The notes beneath the pieces are model-generated. The model worked only from the letters and a program-made list of their open reading frames with translations. It made no database searches and was not told where the DNA came from. The position numbers and the translations under genes were made by a program. A DNA stretch of 64,000 nt from Candidatus Eiseniibacteriota bacterium (GTDB lineage: Bacteria; Eisenbacteria; RBG-16-71-46): assembly GCA_044222065.1 (NCBI GenBank), contig JBGAOA010000009.1, positions 1 to 64,000 on the forward strand, given 5' to 3'. This document shows, piece by piece, positions 45,498-57,596 of this stretch (position 1 is the stretch's first letter; each line of letters opens with the position of its first letter).

Positions 45498-45525
45498 CGG
45501 CCCGGAGGCGATCGCCTCCGGGCCG
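45498..45525. terminator. Perfect 28-bp palindrome between convergent genes, probable bidirectional terminator
   Basis: CGGCCCGGAGGCGA/TCGCCTCCGGGCCG. Confidence 0.7.
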
Positions 45526-45549
45526 CGTGCGTGGAACCAGCGTCCGGCG

Positions 45550-46446
<897 letters not shown>

Positions 46447-46463
46447 CGTCGTCCCCTCCCCGT

Positions 46464-47657
46464 TCACACCAGCTCGATCGCGAGCGCCACGGCGTTGCCG
46501 CCGCCGAGGCACAGCGTCGCGAGCCCGGTCTTCTTGTTGCGCTGCTGCAGCGCGTGGATCAGCGTCACGAGCACGCGCGCGCCCGAGGCGCCGATCGGAT
46601 GCCCGAGCGCCACGGCGCCGCCGTTCACGTTGACGCGCTCCCAGTCCCAGCCGAGCGCCTTGCCGTCCGCCACGGCCTGCGCGGCGAACGCTTCGTTCGC
46701 CTCGATCAGGTCGAAGTGGCCGATCGAAACGCCCATCTTCTTCATGAGCTTCTGCACCGCGTCGATCGGGGCGAAGAACAGGTCCTTCGGCTCGCCGCCG
46801 CCGGTCGCGTACGCGACGACGCGCGCGAGCGGCTTCGCACCCTTCGCCTTCACGCGCGCTTCGCTCATCAGCACGAGCGCCGCACCACCGTCGTTCAGCC
46901 CCGGCGCGTTGCCCGCCGTGATGATGCCGTTCTTGTCCTTCGTCACGGGGCCGAGCTTCGCGAGCGCCTCGAGCGTCGTGTCGCCGCGCACCGATTCGTC
47001 CTTCGCGATCACGACCGGGTCGCCCTTCCGCTGCGGGATCGAGACCTGCGCGATCTCCTTCGAGAACCGGCACTCGGCCCACGCGGCGGCGGCCTTCTGC
47101 TGGCTCTTGACCGAGAACTCGTCGATCTCGGCGCGCGTCAAGTTCGCCTTCTGCGCCGTGTACTGCGCGAGTTCGATCATGTGGCAGTCGTTGAACGAGC
47201 ACCACAGCCCGTCGTAGACGGCGCCGTCCTTGAGCGTCGTGTCGCCGAGCTTCTGTCCCGTGCGACCGCTGAACAGGAGGTGCGGCGCCGTGCTCATGCT
47301 CTCCATGCCGCCCGCGACGATGCAGTCGGCGTCGCCGGCCTTGATCGCCTGCGTGCCCATCATCACGGCCTTCAAGCCCGAGCCGCACACCTTGTTGATC
47401 GTGACTGCGCCGACCATCGGGCTCACGCCCGCCTTGATGAGCGCCTGCCGCGCGGGCGCCTGCCCCTGCCCGGCCTGCACGACGTGGCCCATCAGCACTT
47501 CGTCCACTTCGTCGCCGGCGACCGACGCGCGGCTCATCGCTTCCTTCATCGCGATCGCGCCGAGGTCCGAGGCCTTGAGCGGGGCGAGCCCGCCGAGGAA
47601 CTTGCCGATCGGCGTACGTGCCGCGCCGACGATGAACACATCCGGATAGTTGGCCAT
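46464..47657 (-). CDS. Acetyl-CoA C-acetyltransferase (thiolase)
   Basis: [35 protein letters not shown]. Confidence 0.96.
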   Translation of the reverse strand: MANYPDVFIVGAARTPIGKFLGGLAPLKASDLGAIAMKEAMSRASVAGDEVDEVLMGHVVQAGQGQAPARQALIKAGVSPMVGAVTINKVCGSGLKAVMMGTQAIKAGDADCIVAGGMESMSTAPHLLFSGRTGQKLGDTTLKDGAVYDGLWCSFNDCHMIELAQYTAQKANLTRAEIDEFSVKSQQKAAAAWAECRFSKEIAQVSIPQRKGDPVVIAKDESVRGDTTLEALAKLGPVTKDKNGIITAGNAPGLNDGGAALVLMSEARVKAKGAKPLARVVAYATGGGEPKDLFFAPIDAVQKLMKKMGVSIGHFDLIEANEAFAAQAVADGKALGWDWERVNVNGGAVALGHPIGASGARVLVTLIHALQQRNKKTGLATLCLGGGNAVALAIELV

Positions 47658-47786
47658 GGGAATGCCTCTCGATTCGAAAAGGCGCGCACCGAACGTGCGG
47701 CGCCGGGGGATCACACCGGGAAGGTGGAAGACGCCGGGGATACTACCGCAGCGCGCGAGCGGGCCGGGAGCGCGCGCGAAGCCGCG

Positions 47787-47927
47787 TCAGTCGCGGCGCG
47801 CCGCCGCGTCTTCGCGCTGCTCGCGCCGGTAGTCGCGCCACGCGATCACGATGCGCCACGCGGTCGCGATCAGCACGACCGAGCCGACGAACGTCGCGGC
47901 GACGAACAGGCCGAAGAACCAGGTCAC
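47787..47927 (-). CDS. Putative 46-aa single-TM small protein
   Basis: GTGA overlap with the FIST stop; VTWFFGLFVAATFVGSVVLIATAWRIVIAWRDYRREQREDAAARRD. Confidence 0.55.
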   Translation of the reverse strand: MTWFFGLFVAATFVGSVVLIATAWRIVIAWRDYRREQREDAAARRD

Positions 47928-49132
47928 GCGTCCGCCTTCGCGGGCGCCGGACGCAGCACCACGACGCACGCGGTCTGTCCGTGCAGGAAGTTCGTCCCGC
48001 CCACGGGTCCGATCTCGCCGGCGCAGAAGAGCCCGCCGATGGGCACCGCGCCTCCGAGCGCCTCGCGCACGACCGACAGGTCGCCGTCCGCCTCGCCGTA
48101 GAGTCCGCGGCCGCGGCCGTTGCACGCGAACAGCAACGCGCCCGACGCACGCGAGTCGAACTCCTGCGGCGCGAGGAGCAGCGCGAGGTCCTCGCGCGCG
48201 GTGTCGGCGTCGCGCACGTGGAAGCGCAGTTTCTCGTTCGGGCGCACGAGGTCGCCGATCGCGACGACGCCGCGCTCGCGGTCGGCGCCGAGCAGGTTGC
48301 GGATCAGGTAGTCGCCGCGCCCCTCCGCGTTCGGCCGCACCGGCCGGCCCACGTAGAGCCCGTGCTTCATGGAATCGCGCTCGGCGGCCGGCAGGGACTG
48401 GAGCACCTGCTCGATGCGCTCGAGCGCGGGCTGGCCGTCGAACTCCACGACGACGTTCTGCGTCGCGCGCGTCACCGTGAGCGGCGGACCGATCGCGCGG
48501 CACCCCTGCGACACGATCGCGTCGGCGCGGATCGCGCCCGACAGCGCGAGCCCGATGCCTCCCTCGCTCGCGATCCAGTCGTTCAGGATCAGCGCGTTCG
48601 AGCGCGGGCGTCCGGCGGCGCTCGCCATGCCGCCGAGCACGCGCGTGCCCGGCGCGTGCTGGTTGAACGCGTGCAGCACGCGCTCGATCTGCAGGCTGAA
48701 CGGATCGCCGAACAGCAGCACGACCTCGGCGTCTTTCGCGCCGGGTGCGGCGGCGTGGAACGCGGCCGCCTCGGCGTGCGCGTTCGCCCACACTTCGTCG
48801 AGCACGAGGAACGGCGACAGCGTGACGCCCGGCAGCCGCGCCGCGACGAGCGTGAGCGCGACCGGCTCCTCGAGTTCGTGCTCGCTCGAGATCACGCCGT
48901 GCGCGCTCACGCCGAGCAGGCACTCGGGTGCGAGCCGCTCGCGCACGATCGCGGCAATCGTGTTCGTGTGCGCGACGTGCGCGCGGCCGAGGAACAGCAG
49001 TGCCAGGTCCACGACGCCGGGGCCGAGCGTCTCGCGCACCGCGTCGATCGCCTCGACGGCCGCGGCCGCGGCGTCGTCGAAGCGCGAGCCGGCGGACGCC
49101 CAGCGCATCGCCGGCGCCGCGGGGTCCGTCAC
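47924..49132 (-). CDS. Stand-alone FIST_N/FIST_C domain protein
   Basis: DPFS, GGMAS, VSQGCRAIG, IRNLLGAD, FHVRDA, LLFACNGRG, GLFCAGEIGP, LHGQT. Confidence 0.92.
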   Translation of the reverse strand: MTDPAAPAMRWASAGSRFDDAAAAAVEAIDAVRETLGPGVVDLALLFLGRAHVAHTNTIAAIVRERLAPECLLGVSAHGVISSEHELEEPVALTLVAARLPGVTLSPFLVLDEVWANAHAEAAAFHAAAPGAKDAEVVLLFGDPFSLQIERVLHAFNQHAPGTRVLGGMASAAGRPRSNALILNDWIASEGGIGLALSGAIRADAIVSQGCRAIGPPLTVTRATQNVVVEFDGQPALERIEQVLQSLPAAERDSMKHGLYVGRPVRPNAEGRGDYLIRNLLGADRERGVVAIGDLVRPNEKLRFHVRDADTAREDLALLLAPQEFDSRASGALLFACNGRGRGLYGEADGDLSVVREALGGAVPIGGLFCAGEIGPVGGTNFLHGQTACVVVLRPAPAKADA

Positions 49133-49133
49133 C

Positions 49134-50279
49134 TCACACGCCCTTCAGGATCTCGCGCGCGATCACCAGCCGCTGGATCTCGCTCGTGCCCTCGCCGATC
49201 TCCATCAGCTTCGCGTCGCGGTGCATGCGCTCGACCGGGACGTCGCGGCAGTAGCCGATGCCGCCGTGGATCTGGATGGACTTGTCGGTGACGAAGTTCC
49301 CGACCTCGCTCGCGAACAGCTTCGCCTTGCTCGCGGCCTCGGCGAATTCCTCGCCGCGGTCCTTGAGCACCGCGGCCTTGTAGACGAGCGCGCGCGCGGC
49401 GTCGATCTGGGTGCTCATGTCGGCGAGCATGAACTGCACGGCCTGGAAGCTCGCGATCGTCTGGCCGAACTGCTTCCGCTGCTTCGAATACCTGAGCGCG
49501 TGCTCGTAGGCGCCCTGCGCGAGGCCGAGCGCGAGCGCTCCGATCGAGATGCGGCCGCCGGTGAGCGTCTTCATGAACGCCTTGAACCCGCCGCTCAAGT
49601 CGCCGAGCAGCGCGTCCTCCGTGATCTCGCAGTCCTGGAACACGACCTCGACCGTGTCCGAGCCGCGCAATCCCATCTTCTTTTCTTTCTTGCCGACGCG
49701 GAAGCCCGGCGTGTCGGTCGGCATGATGAACGCGCTGATGCCCTTCGTGCCCTTCGACGCGTCGGTGCGCGCCGTGAACGTGATCGTCTTCGCGACGCTG
49801 CCGTTCGTGATGTAGATCTTCGATCCGTTGACGCGCCAGCCGTTCTTCGTCTTCTCGGCGCGCGTCTCGGTGCCGGCGGCGTCCGAACCGGCGTTCGGCT
49901 CGGTGAGGCCGAACGCGCCGAGGCACTCGCCCTTCGCCATCGGCGTGAGGAACCGCTGCTTCTGCGCCTCGCTGCCGATCATGGACACCGGCCCGCAGCC
50001 GAGCGAGACGTGCGCGGCGAGCGTGATCGCCGTGGAGCCGCAGGCGCGCGCGACCTCCTCGACCGCGATCGCGTAGGCGAGCGTGTCGAGGCCCGCGCCG
50101 CCGTAGGCCTCGGGGTACGGCAGGCCGAGGAAGCCGAGTTCGGCCATCTGCTTCACGAGGTCGTGCGGGAACTCCTCGTTCTCGTCGAGATCGCGGGCGC
50201 GCGGCGCGACGACTTCGTCCGCGAACCGGCGCGCGGTCTCTCGCACCTGGAAGTGTTCGTCTCGGAGCAACAGGTCCAT
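49134..50279 (-). CDS. Acyl-CoA dehydrogenase
   Basis: [46 protein letters not shown]. Confidence 0.95.
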   Translation of the reverse strand: MDLLLRDEHFQVRETARRFADEVVAPRARDLDENEEFPHDLVKQMAELGFLGLPYPEAYGGAGLDTLAYAIAVEEVARACGSTAITLAAHVSLGCGPVSMIGSEAQKQRFLTPMAKGECLGAFGLTEPNAGSDAAGTETRAEKTKNGWRVNGSKIYITNGSVAKTITFTARTDASKGTKGISAFIMPTDTPGFRVGKKEKKMGLRGSDTVEVVFQDCEITEDALLGDLSGGFKAFMKTLTGGRISIGALALGLAQGAYEHALRYSKQRKQFGQTIASFQAVQFMLADMSTQIDAARALVYKAAVLKDRGEEFAEAASKAKLFASEVGNFVTDKSIQIHGGIGYCRDVPVERMHRDAKLMEIGEGTSEIQRLVIAREILKGV

Positions 50280-50424
50280 GGATTCGGGACTCCTTGGGGG
50301 TGCGCGGCCGCGGGCGTCGCGGCCGCATGAGGGCGCAATCGCGCGGGACTCTACCCGACCGTCGCGGGTTTCAGAAGCGCACTCCGCGTGCACGCCGCCG
50401 CGCCCGCCGCGGCGTCTCCGGCGT

Positions 50425-50895
50425 TCAGCGTTCGAGCGTGAACAGCCACTCCGCGACCTCGGGCTCGCCGGGCACGGGCGTCCATTCGCCCTCACCGACG
50501 ACGCGGAAGCCGTTCTTCTCGAGCACGCGGCGCGAGGCCGCGTTGTGCTTCACGACGCGCGCGTGCAGCGGCCGCTCGCCGTATTCGGCGAGGAACAGCG
50601 CGAGGGCCTGCGAGGCGTAGCCGCGGCCCCAGTACGCGCGCCCGATCCAGTAGCCGACCTCGCGCACGCCGTCGCGGAGGAAGCTCACGACGCTGCCGAC
50701 GACCGTGCCATCGGCGACGATCGTGCGCAGCACGCACGTCTCGTCGGCGCGGATGCGCGCCCAGTGCGCGTCGAACGTCTCGCGGTCGCGCGGCGGCACG
50801 CCCGCGAGGCGGTGCGAGCGGGCGTCGGCCTGGAACTCGAAGAACGACGGCAGATCGCCGTCTTCGACGGGGCGGATCGAGAGCGAGTCGCTCAT
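50425..50895 (-). CDS. GNAT (RimJ/RimL-like) acetyltransferase
   Basis: [39 protein letters not shown]. Confidence 0.9.
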   Translation of the reverse strand: MSDSLSIRPVEDGDLPSFFEFQADARSHRLAGVPPRDRETFDAHWARIRADETCVLRTIVADGTVVGSVVSFLRDGVREVGYWIGRAYWGRGYASQALALFLAEYGERPLHARVVKHNAASRRVLEKNGFRVVGEGEWTPVPGEPEVAEWLFTLER

Positions 50896-52481
50896 GCGGA
50901 TGCCGGCAGGTGGAGATTCCACCAGTCGCGCGCGTCGACCTCCGACCACGCGCGTTCGAGCGGCACCGCGCCGAGCGCGTCCGAGAGCGCACGCGCCGTC
51001 TGAGGGCGACGGGCCGGATCCTTCTCGAGGCACGCCATCACGACCCGTTCGAGCGCCTCGGGGATCGGCTGCGAGGCGCGCGAGGAAGGCGGCGCGGGCG
51101 GCGTGTTCGCGTGGTGCAGCAAGTGCGCCATGGGCGTCGGCGCCTCGAACACCTGCCGGCCGGTCAGGAACCAGTACGCGACGCACCCCGTCGCGTAAAG
51201 ATCGGCGCGGCCGTCGAGGTCGGCCCGGCCGAGCGCCTGCTCCGGCGGCATGTACTCGGGAGTGCCGTGGATGAACTCGTCGCTCGTGCGCGTGGGATCG
51301 AGGGGCGAGCCGCCCGAGAGCGCGCGCACGAGGCCGAAGTCGAGCACCTTCACGAAATCGTTCTCGACGCCGTAGCGGCACACGAAGATGTTCGCCGGCT
51401 TGATGTCGCGATGGACGAGCCCGCGAGCCTCGGCCTCCTCGAGCGAGCGGCACACTTGCCTCAGCAGGTGGATCGCGCGCGCCGGCGGAATCGGACCGTG
51501 GCGGCGCACGAGCGCGCTCGCGTCCAGTCCCTCGAGCAGTTCCATCACGGAATAGAGCGTGCCGTCGCTCGCGACGCCGAAGTCGAACAGGTCGACCGTG
51601 TGCGGCGAGCGCAGGCTCGCCACGGCCTGCGCCTCGCGTTCGAAGCGGCGCACGACGTCCTCCGTGAGCGGAATCGGCGTGCCGTCGGCGGCACGGCGCC
51701 GGATGAGCTTGATCGCGGCCGGGCGGGCGAGCAGGCGGTGCCGGGCGCGCCACACCTCGCCCATCCCGCCGTGTCCGAGCCGCGACTCGAGCAGGTAACT
51801 GCCGAGTTCGCGCGCGGCCGCGACCTCGCGTCCGAGCCCGTAGATGACGCGCGCCCCGATGAACGCGAACGTGACCGCGAACCCCGAGCCGAGGCTCGCG
51901 CTGATGTAGTCGTCCGCCCCCGCGCGAACCTGCCCGGCGAGCGCGAGCGTGAGGATCGCGAGGGGCACGGTCGCGCCGGCCGCGATCCCGGCGATCAGCA
52001 TCCGACGGGGCGGCCCCGGGAGCAGGAGCGGGAACAGCAGCACCACGACGGGAACCCACGTGAGCCGCGGGATCGCGCCGCGATCGAGGAACTCCTGCCA
52101 GATCGCGGTCGTCGCGATCACGCCGCAGATCGCGACCTCGTACACGAGGCCGACGACGTGCAGGCGCGTCGAGGGAAACCGCGAATCGCGGGCGACCCAC
52201 CACAGCGCGCCGGAGGCGGCGATGGCGAGGAGGCTCGACACGAGGAACACGGTGCGGGCGAGCGAATCGGGCGGCGGCGGCGATCCGGTCGCCGACGACA
52301 CGAGCGCCGCCACGAGCGCGAGCACGGGATCGAAGGCGAACGCGACGAAGAGCAGCCCGGCGAGCAGCGCGACCCGGCTGCGCACCTGGTCGAGCAGGTC
52401 CGAGGGCAGCGAGTCGTCGCCGGCGGCGACGGGCCCGCCCGCACGGACGGCGGGACGGACGAGCGTCACGGGTTCGCGCAT
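50892..52481 (-). CDS. Ser/Thr protein kinase with N-terminal multi-TM domain
   Basis: About six TM helices, then GHGGMGEV, AAIK, HRDIKPAN, DFG, GTPEYMPPEQ. Start could extend to 52559. Confidence 0.92.
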   Translation of the reverse strand: MREPVTLVRPAVRAGGPVAAGDDSLPSDLLDQVRSRVALLAGLLFVAFAFDPVLALVAALVSSATGSPPPPDSLARTVFLVSSLLAIAASGALWWVARDSRFPSTRLHVVGLVYEVAICGVIATTAIWQEFLDRGAIPRLTWVPVVVLLFPLLLPGPPRRMLIAGIAAGATVPLAILTLALAGQVRAGADDYISASLGSGFAVTFAFIGARVIYGLGREVAAARELGSYLLESRLGHGGMGEVWRARHRLLARPAAIKLIRRRAADGTPIPLTEDVVRRFEREAQAVASLRSPHTVDLFDFGVASDGTLYSVMELLEGLDASALVRRHGPIPPARAIHLLRQVCRSLEEAEARGLVHRDIKPANIFVCRYGVENDFVKVLDFGLVRALSGGSPLDPTRTSDEFIHGTPEYMPPEQALGRADLDGRADLYATGCVAYWFLTGRQVFEAPTPMAHLLHHANTPPAPPSSRASQPIPEALERVVMACLEKDPARRPQTARALSDALGAVPLERAWSEVDARDWWNLHLPASA

Positions 52482-52619
52482 CGCGGGCTCCGGAGCGGCG
52501 GGAAGCGAGGCGGAACGCGCCCGGATCGGCGGGCGCGTCCGCGGGAGTCGGAGCCCCACCTTCGGCGAAGCTCCGGCGGCGACGCAAGCGAGAACGTCAC
52601 GCCGCCGGGCGCGCGGCGC

Positions 52620-52835
52620 TCAACGCGTCAGCGAGTCCATGTCCGCCGCGTGCTGCTGCTCCTTCGCGGCCGCGTTCAGCGCGCCGCCCACCGCGCCCGA
52701 ACCCGGGATCGCCTTCTCGGTCGCGAGCACGCTGTCGCGCTGGTGCTCCGTGAGCTTCGGCTTCTGCTCCGAGGACGAGCCGCCGCAGCCGGCGAGCATC
52801 GCGAGGATTCCGGCCGTCATCACGAGTCGCTTCAC
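52620..52835 (-). CDS. Small lipoprotein
   Basis: GTGA overlap; VKRLVMTAGILAMLAGC lipobox; 71 aa. Confidence 0.72.
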   Translation of the reverse strand: MKRLVMTAGILAMLAGCGGSSSEQKPKLTEHQRDSVLATEKAIPGSGAVGGALNAAAKEQQHAADMDSLTR

Positions 52836-53440
52836 GATCCGACCTCCAGTGGCGGGCTCTCGGCGAGCCGCCGTCCGAGCGCGCGGGCGCGCTCCACGAG
52901 TTCCGATCGCGTCGCGACGCTGCCCGCGCCGTCGTCGTCGTGACGGAACGCGATCGTCTCCTCCCACTTCGCGCCGATCCATTTGAGGAATCCGCGCACG
53001 GTGCGTTCGGCGTGCTCGTGCGGATGCGCGCTGCTGCACGAGGTCAGGAACGCGCCGCGCCGCGTGCGCGCCCACTTCGCGCGGAAGTCGAGCGCGCCGC
53101 CCTCGAGACGCACGAGCGGCGTCACGCAGTTGCAGCGGTCGATCAGCATCTTGAGCGGCCCGCTCACGGTGTCGAAGTACACGGGCGAGCCGACGAAGAC
53201 CGCGTGCGCGCGATCGAGCGCGTCGTACACCCGGTCCATGTCGTCGTGGATCACGCAGCAGCCCTCGGTCGGCTCCGGACCGCACGCGACGCACGGCGCG
53301 ATCGCGAGCTCGGCGCAGCGGAAGTGCACCGACGCGGCGCCCGCCGACTCGGCGCCCTCGATCGCGGCGCGCAGCAGCAAGTCCACGCTGCTGCCGCGCA
53401 CGGGGCTGCCGTTGAGCGCGACGACGAGCCGCGCGCTCAT
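52832..53440 (-). CDS. Iron-sulfur flavoprotein / NADPH-dependent FMN reductase family
   Basis: LNGSP, CVAC...CVIHDDM, GSPVYF, KMLIDR. Confidence 0.88.
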   Translation of the reverse strand: MSARLVVALNGSPVRGSSVDLLLRAAIEGAESAGAASVHFRCAELAIAPCVACGPEPTEGCCVIHDDMDRVYDALDRAHAVFVGSPVYFDTVSGPLKMLIDRCNCVTPLVRLEGGALDFRAKWARTRRGAFLTSCSSAHPHEHAERTVRGFLKWIGAKWEETIAFRHDDDGAGSVATRSELVERARALGRRLAESPPLEVGS

Positions 53441-54248
53441 CGCTTCTCGGCCCACACGAGGGTCGTCGCGCCGAATCGCGTCACGAGCGGCAGCGCCTCG
53501 CACGCCGACTCGGCCGCGCGACCCAGGCCGAGCAGCGGATCGGGCAGCGTCTTCGGCACCCACAGGAAGCTCGCGGAGCCGAGCACGCGGAAACCCGCGC
53601 CCTCGAGCCGCGCGATCAGCTCGGCGGCGGGCAGCGGGTGGTGGTAGCGGTACGGGTGGTACGTGCTCGCGTCGTCGCTCGCCTCGGGGAAGCAGCTCGA
53701 GGGCAGGCGGCGGCGCAGCGCGGGCAGCTTCACCGCGAGCCGCTTCACGGTTTCGATCGGCGACGCGGCGTTCGGCGTCGAGATGGACACGCGCGCTCCG
53801 GGCTTCAAGACGCGCGCGATCTCCTCGAACACGGCGTCACGGTCGGGCCGGAACACGTGCTCCATCATCTCGACCGACACCGCACGGTCGAAGCTCTCGC
53901 TGCGGAACGGCAGCCGCTTCGCGTTCGCGAGCGTGAGCCGCAGCGCCTCGGCCTCGGGCAGCGCGCGCCGCGCCCAGCGCAGCTGGTCGATGCCGAGGTC
54001 GATGCCCGCGATGCGGCAGCCCGCCCGCTTCGCCCACAGCGTGCCGTACGCCCAGCCGCACCCGAGGTCGAGCACGTCGAGCCCGGGGCGGAGCGCCGCA
54101 CGATCGAGCACCTCGCGAAAGCGCCGCACCATCATGTAGCGCGTCGTGCGCGTGCCGAGGTACCAGTGCTCGACGAGGAACGGCAGCCCGTCGCGCGAGG
54201 CGAACGACAGCTCCGGCTCGGCCGGGAGCGCGGGCGTGCGGGTATCGG

Positions 54249-54252
<4 letters not shown>
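53437..54252 (-). CDS. Class I SAM-dependent methyltransferase
   Basis: [38 protein letters not shown] overlap start. Confidence 0.88.
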
Positions 54253-55061
<809 letters not shown>

Positions 55062-55106
55062 CGGATCTCCTTCGCGGCCTCAGACCGTCGCGGCCGCGTC
55101 ACGTCG

Positions 55107-55715
55107 TCAGGGTTCTTCGTCGCCGAGATTGGCCAGCTCGCGCTCGGTCTCGTCGTAGCGCCGGCGGGCCTCCTCGAACTGTTCCGCGGACGGCCGGATC
55201 GGCCGGTCGTGCTCGTCGGTCTCGAAGCGCACGACTTCGCGCGCCTCGAGCAGCTCCATCGCGGTGCGCGCCGCGTCCTCGGTCTCGAACGCGAACGGCA
55301 AGAACTCGCCCTCGCGCCCGAGCAGCTCGAGCCGCCACGGATCGTGGTCCGGCGCGCCGCGCACGACGCGCCCCGCCGTGAAGTCGCCCGCGCGCAGCAG
55401 CTCGCCGACCGACGGCGCGTAGGCGTTCGGCTCCGCCGCGATGCCGCCTTCGGCGCGCACGGGCACGACGCGAACCGCGTGGTCCTCGCCGATGAAGGCG
55501 AGACCGTCCGACGTCATCGCGGCGATCGCGGGCGCGTCGGCGTCCACGGCGTCGTCGTCCTCGTCGGCCTCCGCCACGGGTGCGGGCGCCGCCTCGGGGA
55601 CCGTCGGAACGGAACCGGTCGTCGCGTCACCACCGCCGGCGAGACGCCGCAGCAGGAACGCGACGACGGCGACGCCGGCGAGCGCGAGCAGGATCGGAAC
55701 GGTGTTGCCGCCCAT
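55107..55715 (-). CDS. Hypothetical N-terminally membrane-anchored acidic protein
   Basis: TM VPILLALAGVAVVAFLL; acidic tracts EADEDDDAVDAD and DETERELANLGDEEP. Confidence 0.75.
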   Translation of the reverse strand: MGGNTVPILLALAGVAVVAFLLRRLAGGGDATTGSVPTVPEAAPAPVAEADEDDDAVDADAPAIAAMTSDGLAFIGEDHAVRVVPVRAEGGIAAEPNAYAPSVGELLRAGDFTAGRVVRGAPDHDPWRLELLGREGEFLPFAFETEDAARTAMELLEAREVVRFETDEHDRPIRPSAEQFEEARRRYDETERELANLGDEEP

Positions 55716-55722
55716 GGCGCCC

Positions 55723-57480
55723 CTAGAACTGCGGGTCCTCGACGTAGTCGCCGAACACCTCGCGCATCGCGCCGCGGATCTCGCCCTCGGTCGCGTACGT
55801 GCGCGCGGCCTCGTAGATCCTCTCCATGAGGTTCGCCTCGCCCGGCCGCGTGCGCGCGGCGGCCGTGAGCGCGTGCAGCGCCGAGGCCGTCGCCTTGCCG
55901 TCGCGCGTGCGGCGCAGCTCGGCGAGTGCGGCCTTCTGCTCGCTCTCGGCTTCCTCGGAGATGTACAGGATCGGGATGTCCAGCTTCTCGTCCGGCTCGA
56001 CGTACTCGTTCACGCCGACGAGGACGCGCTGCTTCTTCTCGATCTCCTGCTGGTACTGGTACGCGGCCGCGGCGATCTCGCGCTGGAAGAACCCGCGCTC
56101 GATACCGGCGACGACGCCGCCCATCGCCTCGATCTGGCGGAAGTAATGCTCGGCCTCTTCCTCGAGCCGGTTCGTGAGGCTCTCGACGTACCACGACCCG
56201 CCGAGCGGGTCGATCGTCTCGGTGACGCCGATCTCGTGCGCGATGATCTGCTGCGTGCGGAGCGCGATCTTCACGGCCTTGTCGCTCGGCAGCGCGATCG
56301 TCTCGTCCATCGAGTTCGTGTGCAGCGACTGCGTGCCGCCGAGCACGCCCGCGAGCGCCTCGAACGCGGTGCGGACGATGTTGTTCTCGGGCTGCTTGTC
56401 CCACAGCGAGCAGCCGGCGGTCTGGGTGTGGAAGCGCATAAGCCACGACTCCTTGCGCTTCGCCCCGTAACGTTCGCGCATGTGGCGCGCCCAGATGCGG
56501 CGCGCGGCGCGCAGCTTCGCGATCTCCTCGAAGAAGTCGAGGTGGCTGTTCCAGAAGAACGACAGCCGCGGGGCGAAGTCGTCCACGTCGAGACCGCGCT
56601 CGATACAGCGCTCGACGTACGTGAAGCCGTCGGCGAGCGTGAACGCCAGTTCCTGAGCGGCGGTGCTGCCCGCTTCGCGGATGTGGTAGCCCGAGATCGA
56701 GATCGTGTTCCACTGCGGCACGTGCTTCGTCGCGAACTCGATCAGGTCCACGATGATGCGGAGCGACGGTTCCGGCGGGAAGCACCAGCACTTCTGCGCG
56801 ATGTACTCCTTCAGGATGTCGTTCTGGAGCGTGCCGCGCAGGTTCGAGAACGGCACGCCGCGCTTGTCGGCGTTCGCGAGGTAGAAGCCGAACAGGATCG
56901 ACGCCGGCCCGTTGATCGTCATGGACGTCGAGATCGCGCCCGGGTCGATGCCGTCGAGCAGCACTTCCATGTCGCGCAGGCTGTCCACCGCGACGCCGCA
57001 CTTGCCGACTTCGCCGTGCGACTTCGGGTGATCGCTGTCGTAGCCCATGATCGTCGGGTTGTCGAACGCGATCGAGAGTCCCGTCTGGCCGTGGCCGAGC
57101 AGGTAGTGGAAGCGCTGGTTCGTCTCGCGGGCGGTGCCGAAGCCCGCGAACTGGCGCATCGTGAACATCTTTCCGCGGTACATCGTCGGGTGGATGCCGC
57201 GCGTGAACGGATACTCGCCGGGGTGCGCGAGGTCGCGCGCGAGGTCCGTGCCCGCGACGTCGTCCGGCCCGTAGAGCGGGCGGATCGGGATCCCCGAGAT
57301 CGTGTAGGGGTAGACGTCGGCGCGCTTCTTCGAGCCCGTAAACCGCTCTTCCCATTCGCGCCGCTGGGCCGCGAACGCGCCGGTCGTCGCGGCCGCCTTC
57401 GCCGACTTCGCCGGCGCACGTCGAGGGGCGTGGCCGCGCTTCGACGCGCGGGACTTCGAACTCGGAATGCGAAGGGCCAT
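55723..57480 (-). CDS. Acyl-CoA mutase large subunit, isobutyryl-CoA-mutase-like signature
   Basis: [20 protein letters not shown] (Phe), [12 protein letters not shown] (Gln), [19 protein letters not shown]; basic N-terminal extension. Confidence 0.88.
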   Translation of the reverse strand: MALRIPSSKSRASKRGHAPRRAPAKSAKAAATTGAFAAQRREWEERFTGSKKRADVYPYTISGIPIRPLYGPDDVAGTDLARDLAHPGEYPFTRGIHPTMYRGKMFTMRQFAGFGTARETNQRFHYLLGHGQTGLSIAFDNPTIMGYDSDHPKSHGEVGKCGVAVDSLRDMEVLLDGIDPGAISTSMTINGPASILFGFYLANADKRGVPFSNLRGTLQNDILKEYIAQKCWCFPPEPSLRIIVDLIEFATKHVPQWNTISISGYHIREAGSTAAQELAFTLADGFTYVERCIERGLDVDDFAPRLSFFWNSHLDFFEEIAKLRAARRIWARHMRERYGAKRKESWLMRFHTQTAGCSLWDKQPENNIVRTAFEALAGVLGGTQSLHTNSMDETIALPSDKAVKIALRTQQIIAHEIGVTETIDPLGGSWYVESLTNRLEEEAEHYFRQIEAMGGVVAGIERGFFQREIAAAAYQYQQEIEKKQRVLVGVNEYVEPDEKLDIPILYISEEAESEQKAALAELRRTRDGKATASALHALTAAARTRPGEANLMERIYEAARTYATEGEIRGAMREVFGDYVEDPQF

Positions 57481-57541
57481 GCTCGGACTCCCGCTCAGGG
57501 TGGTGCGGCCAGCGCCGCGAAGGACGCGAAAGGACCCGGGC

Positions 57542-57571
57542 AGCCTACGAGCGCCCTTCGCAGAGGGTCAA
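57542..57571 (-). promoter_or_regulatory. Putative sigma70-type promoter of the second mutase operon
   Basis: Minus strand TTGACC-N18-TAGGCT, 61 bp upstream of ATG 57480. Confidence 0.5.
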
Positions 57572-57596
57572 GGATGCGTCGCGCGGAGTCGCGGAC

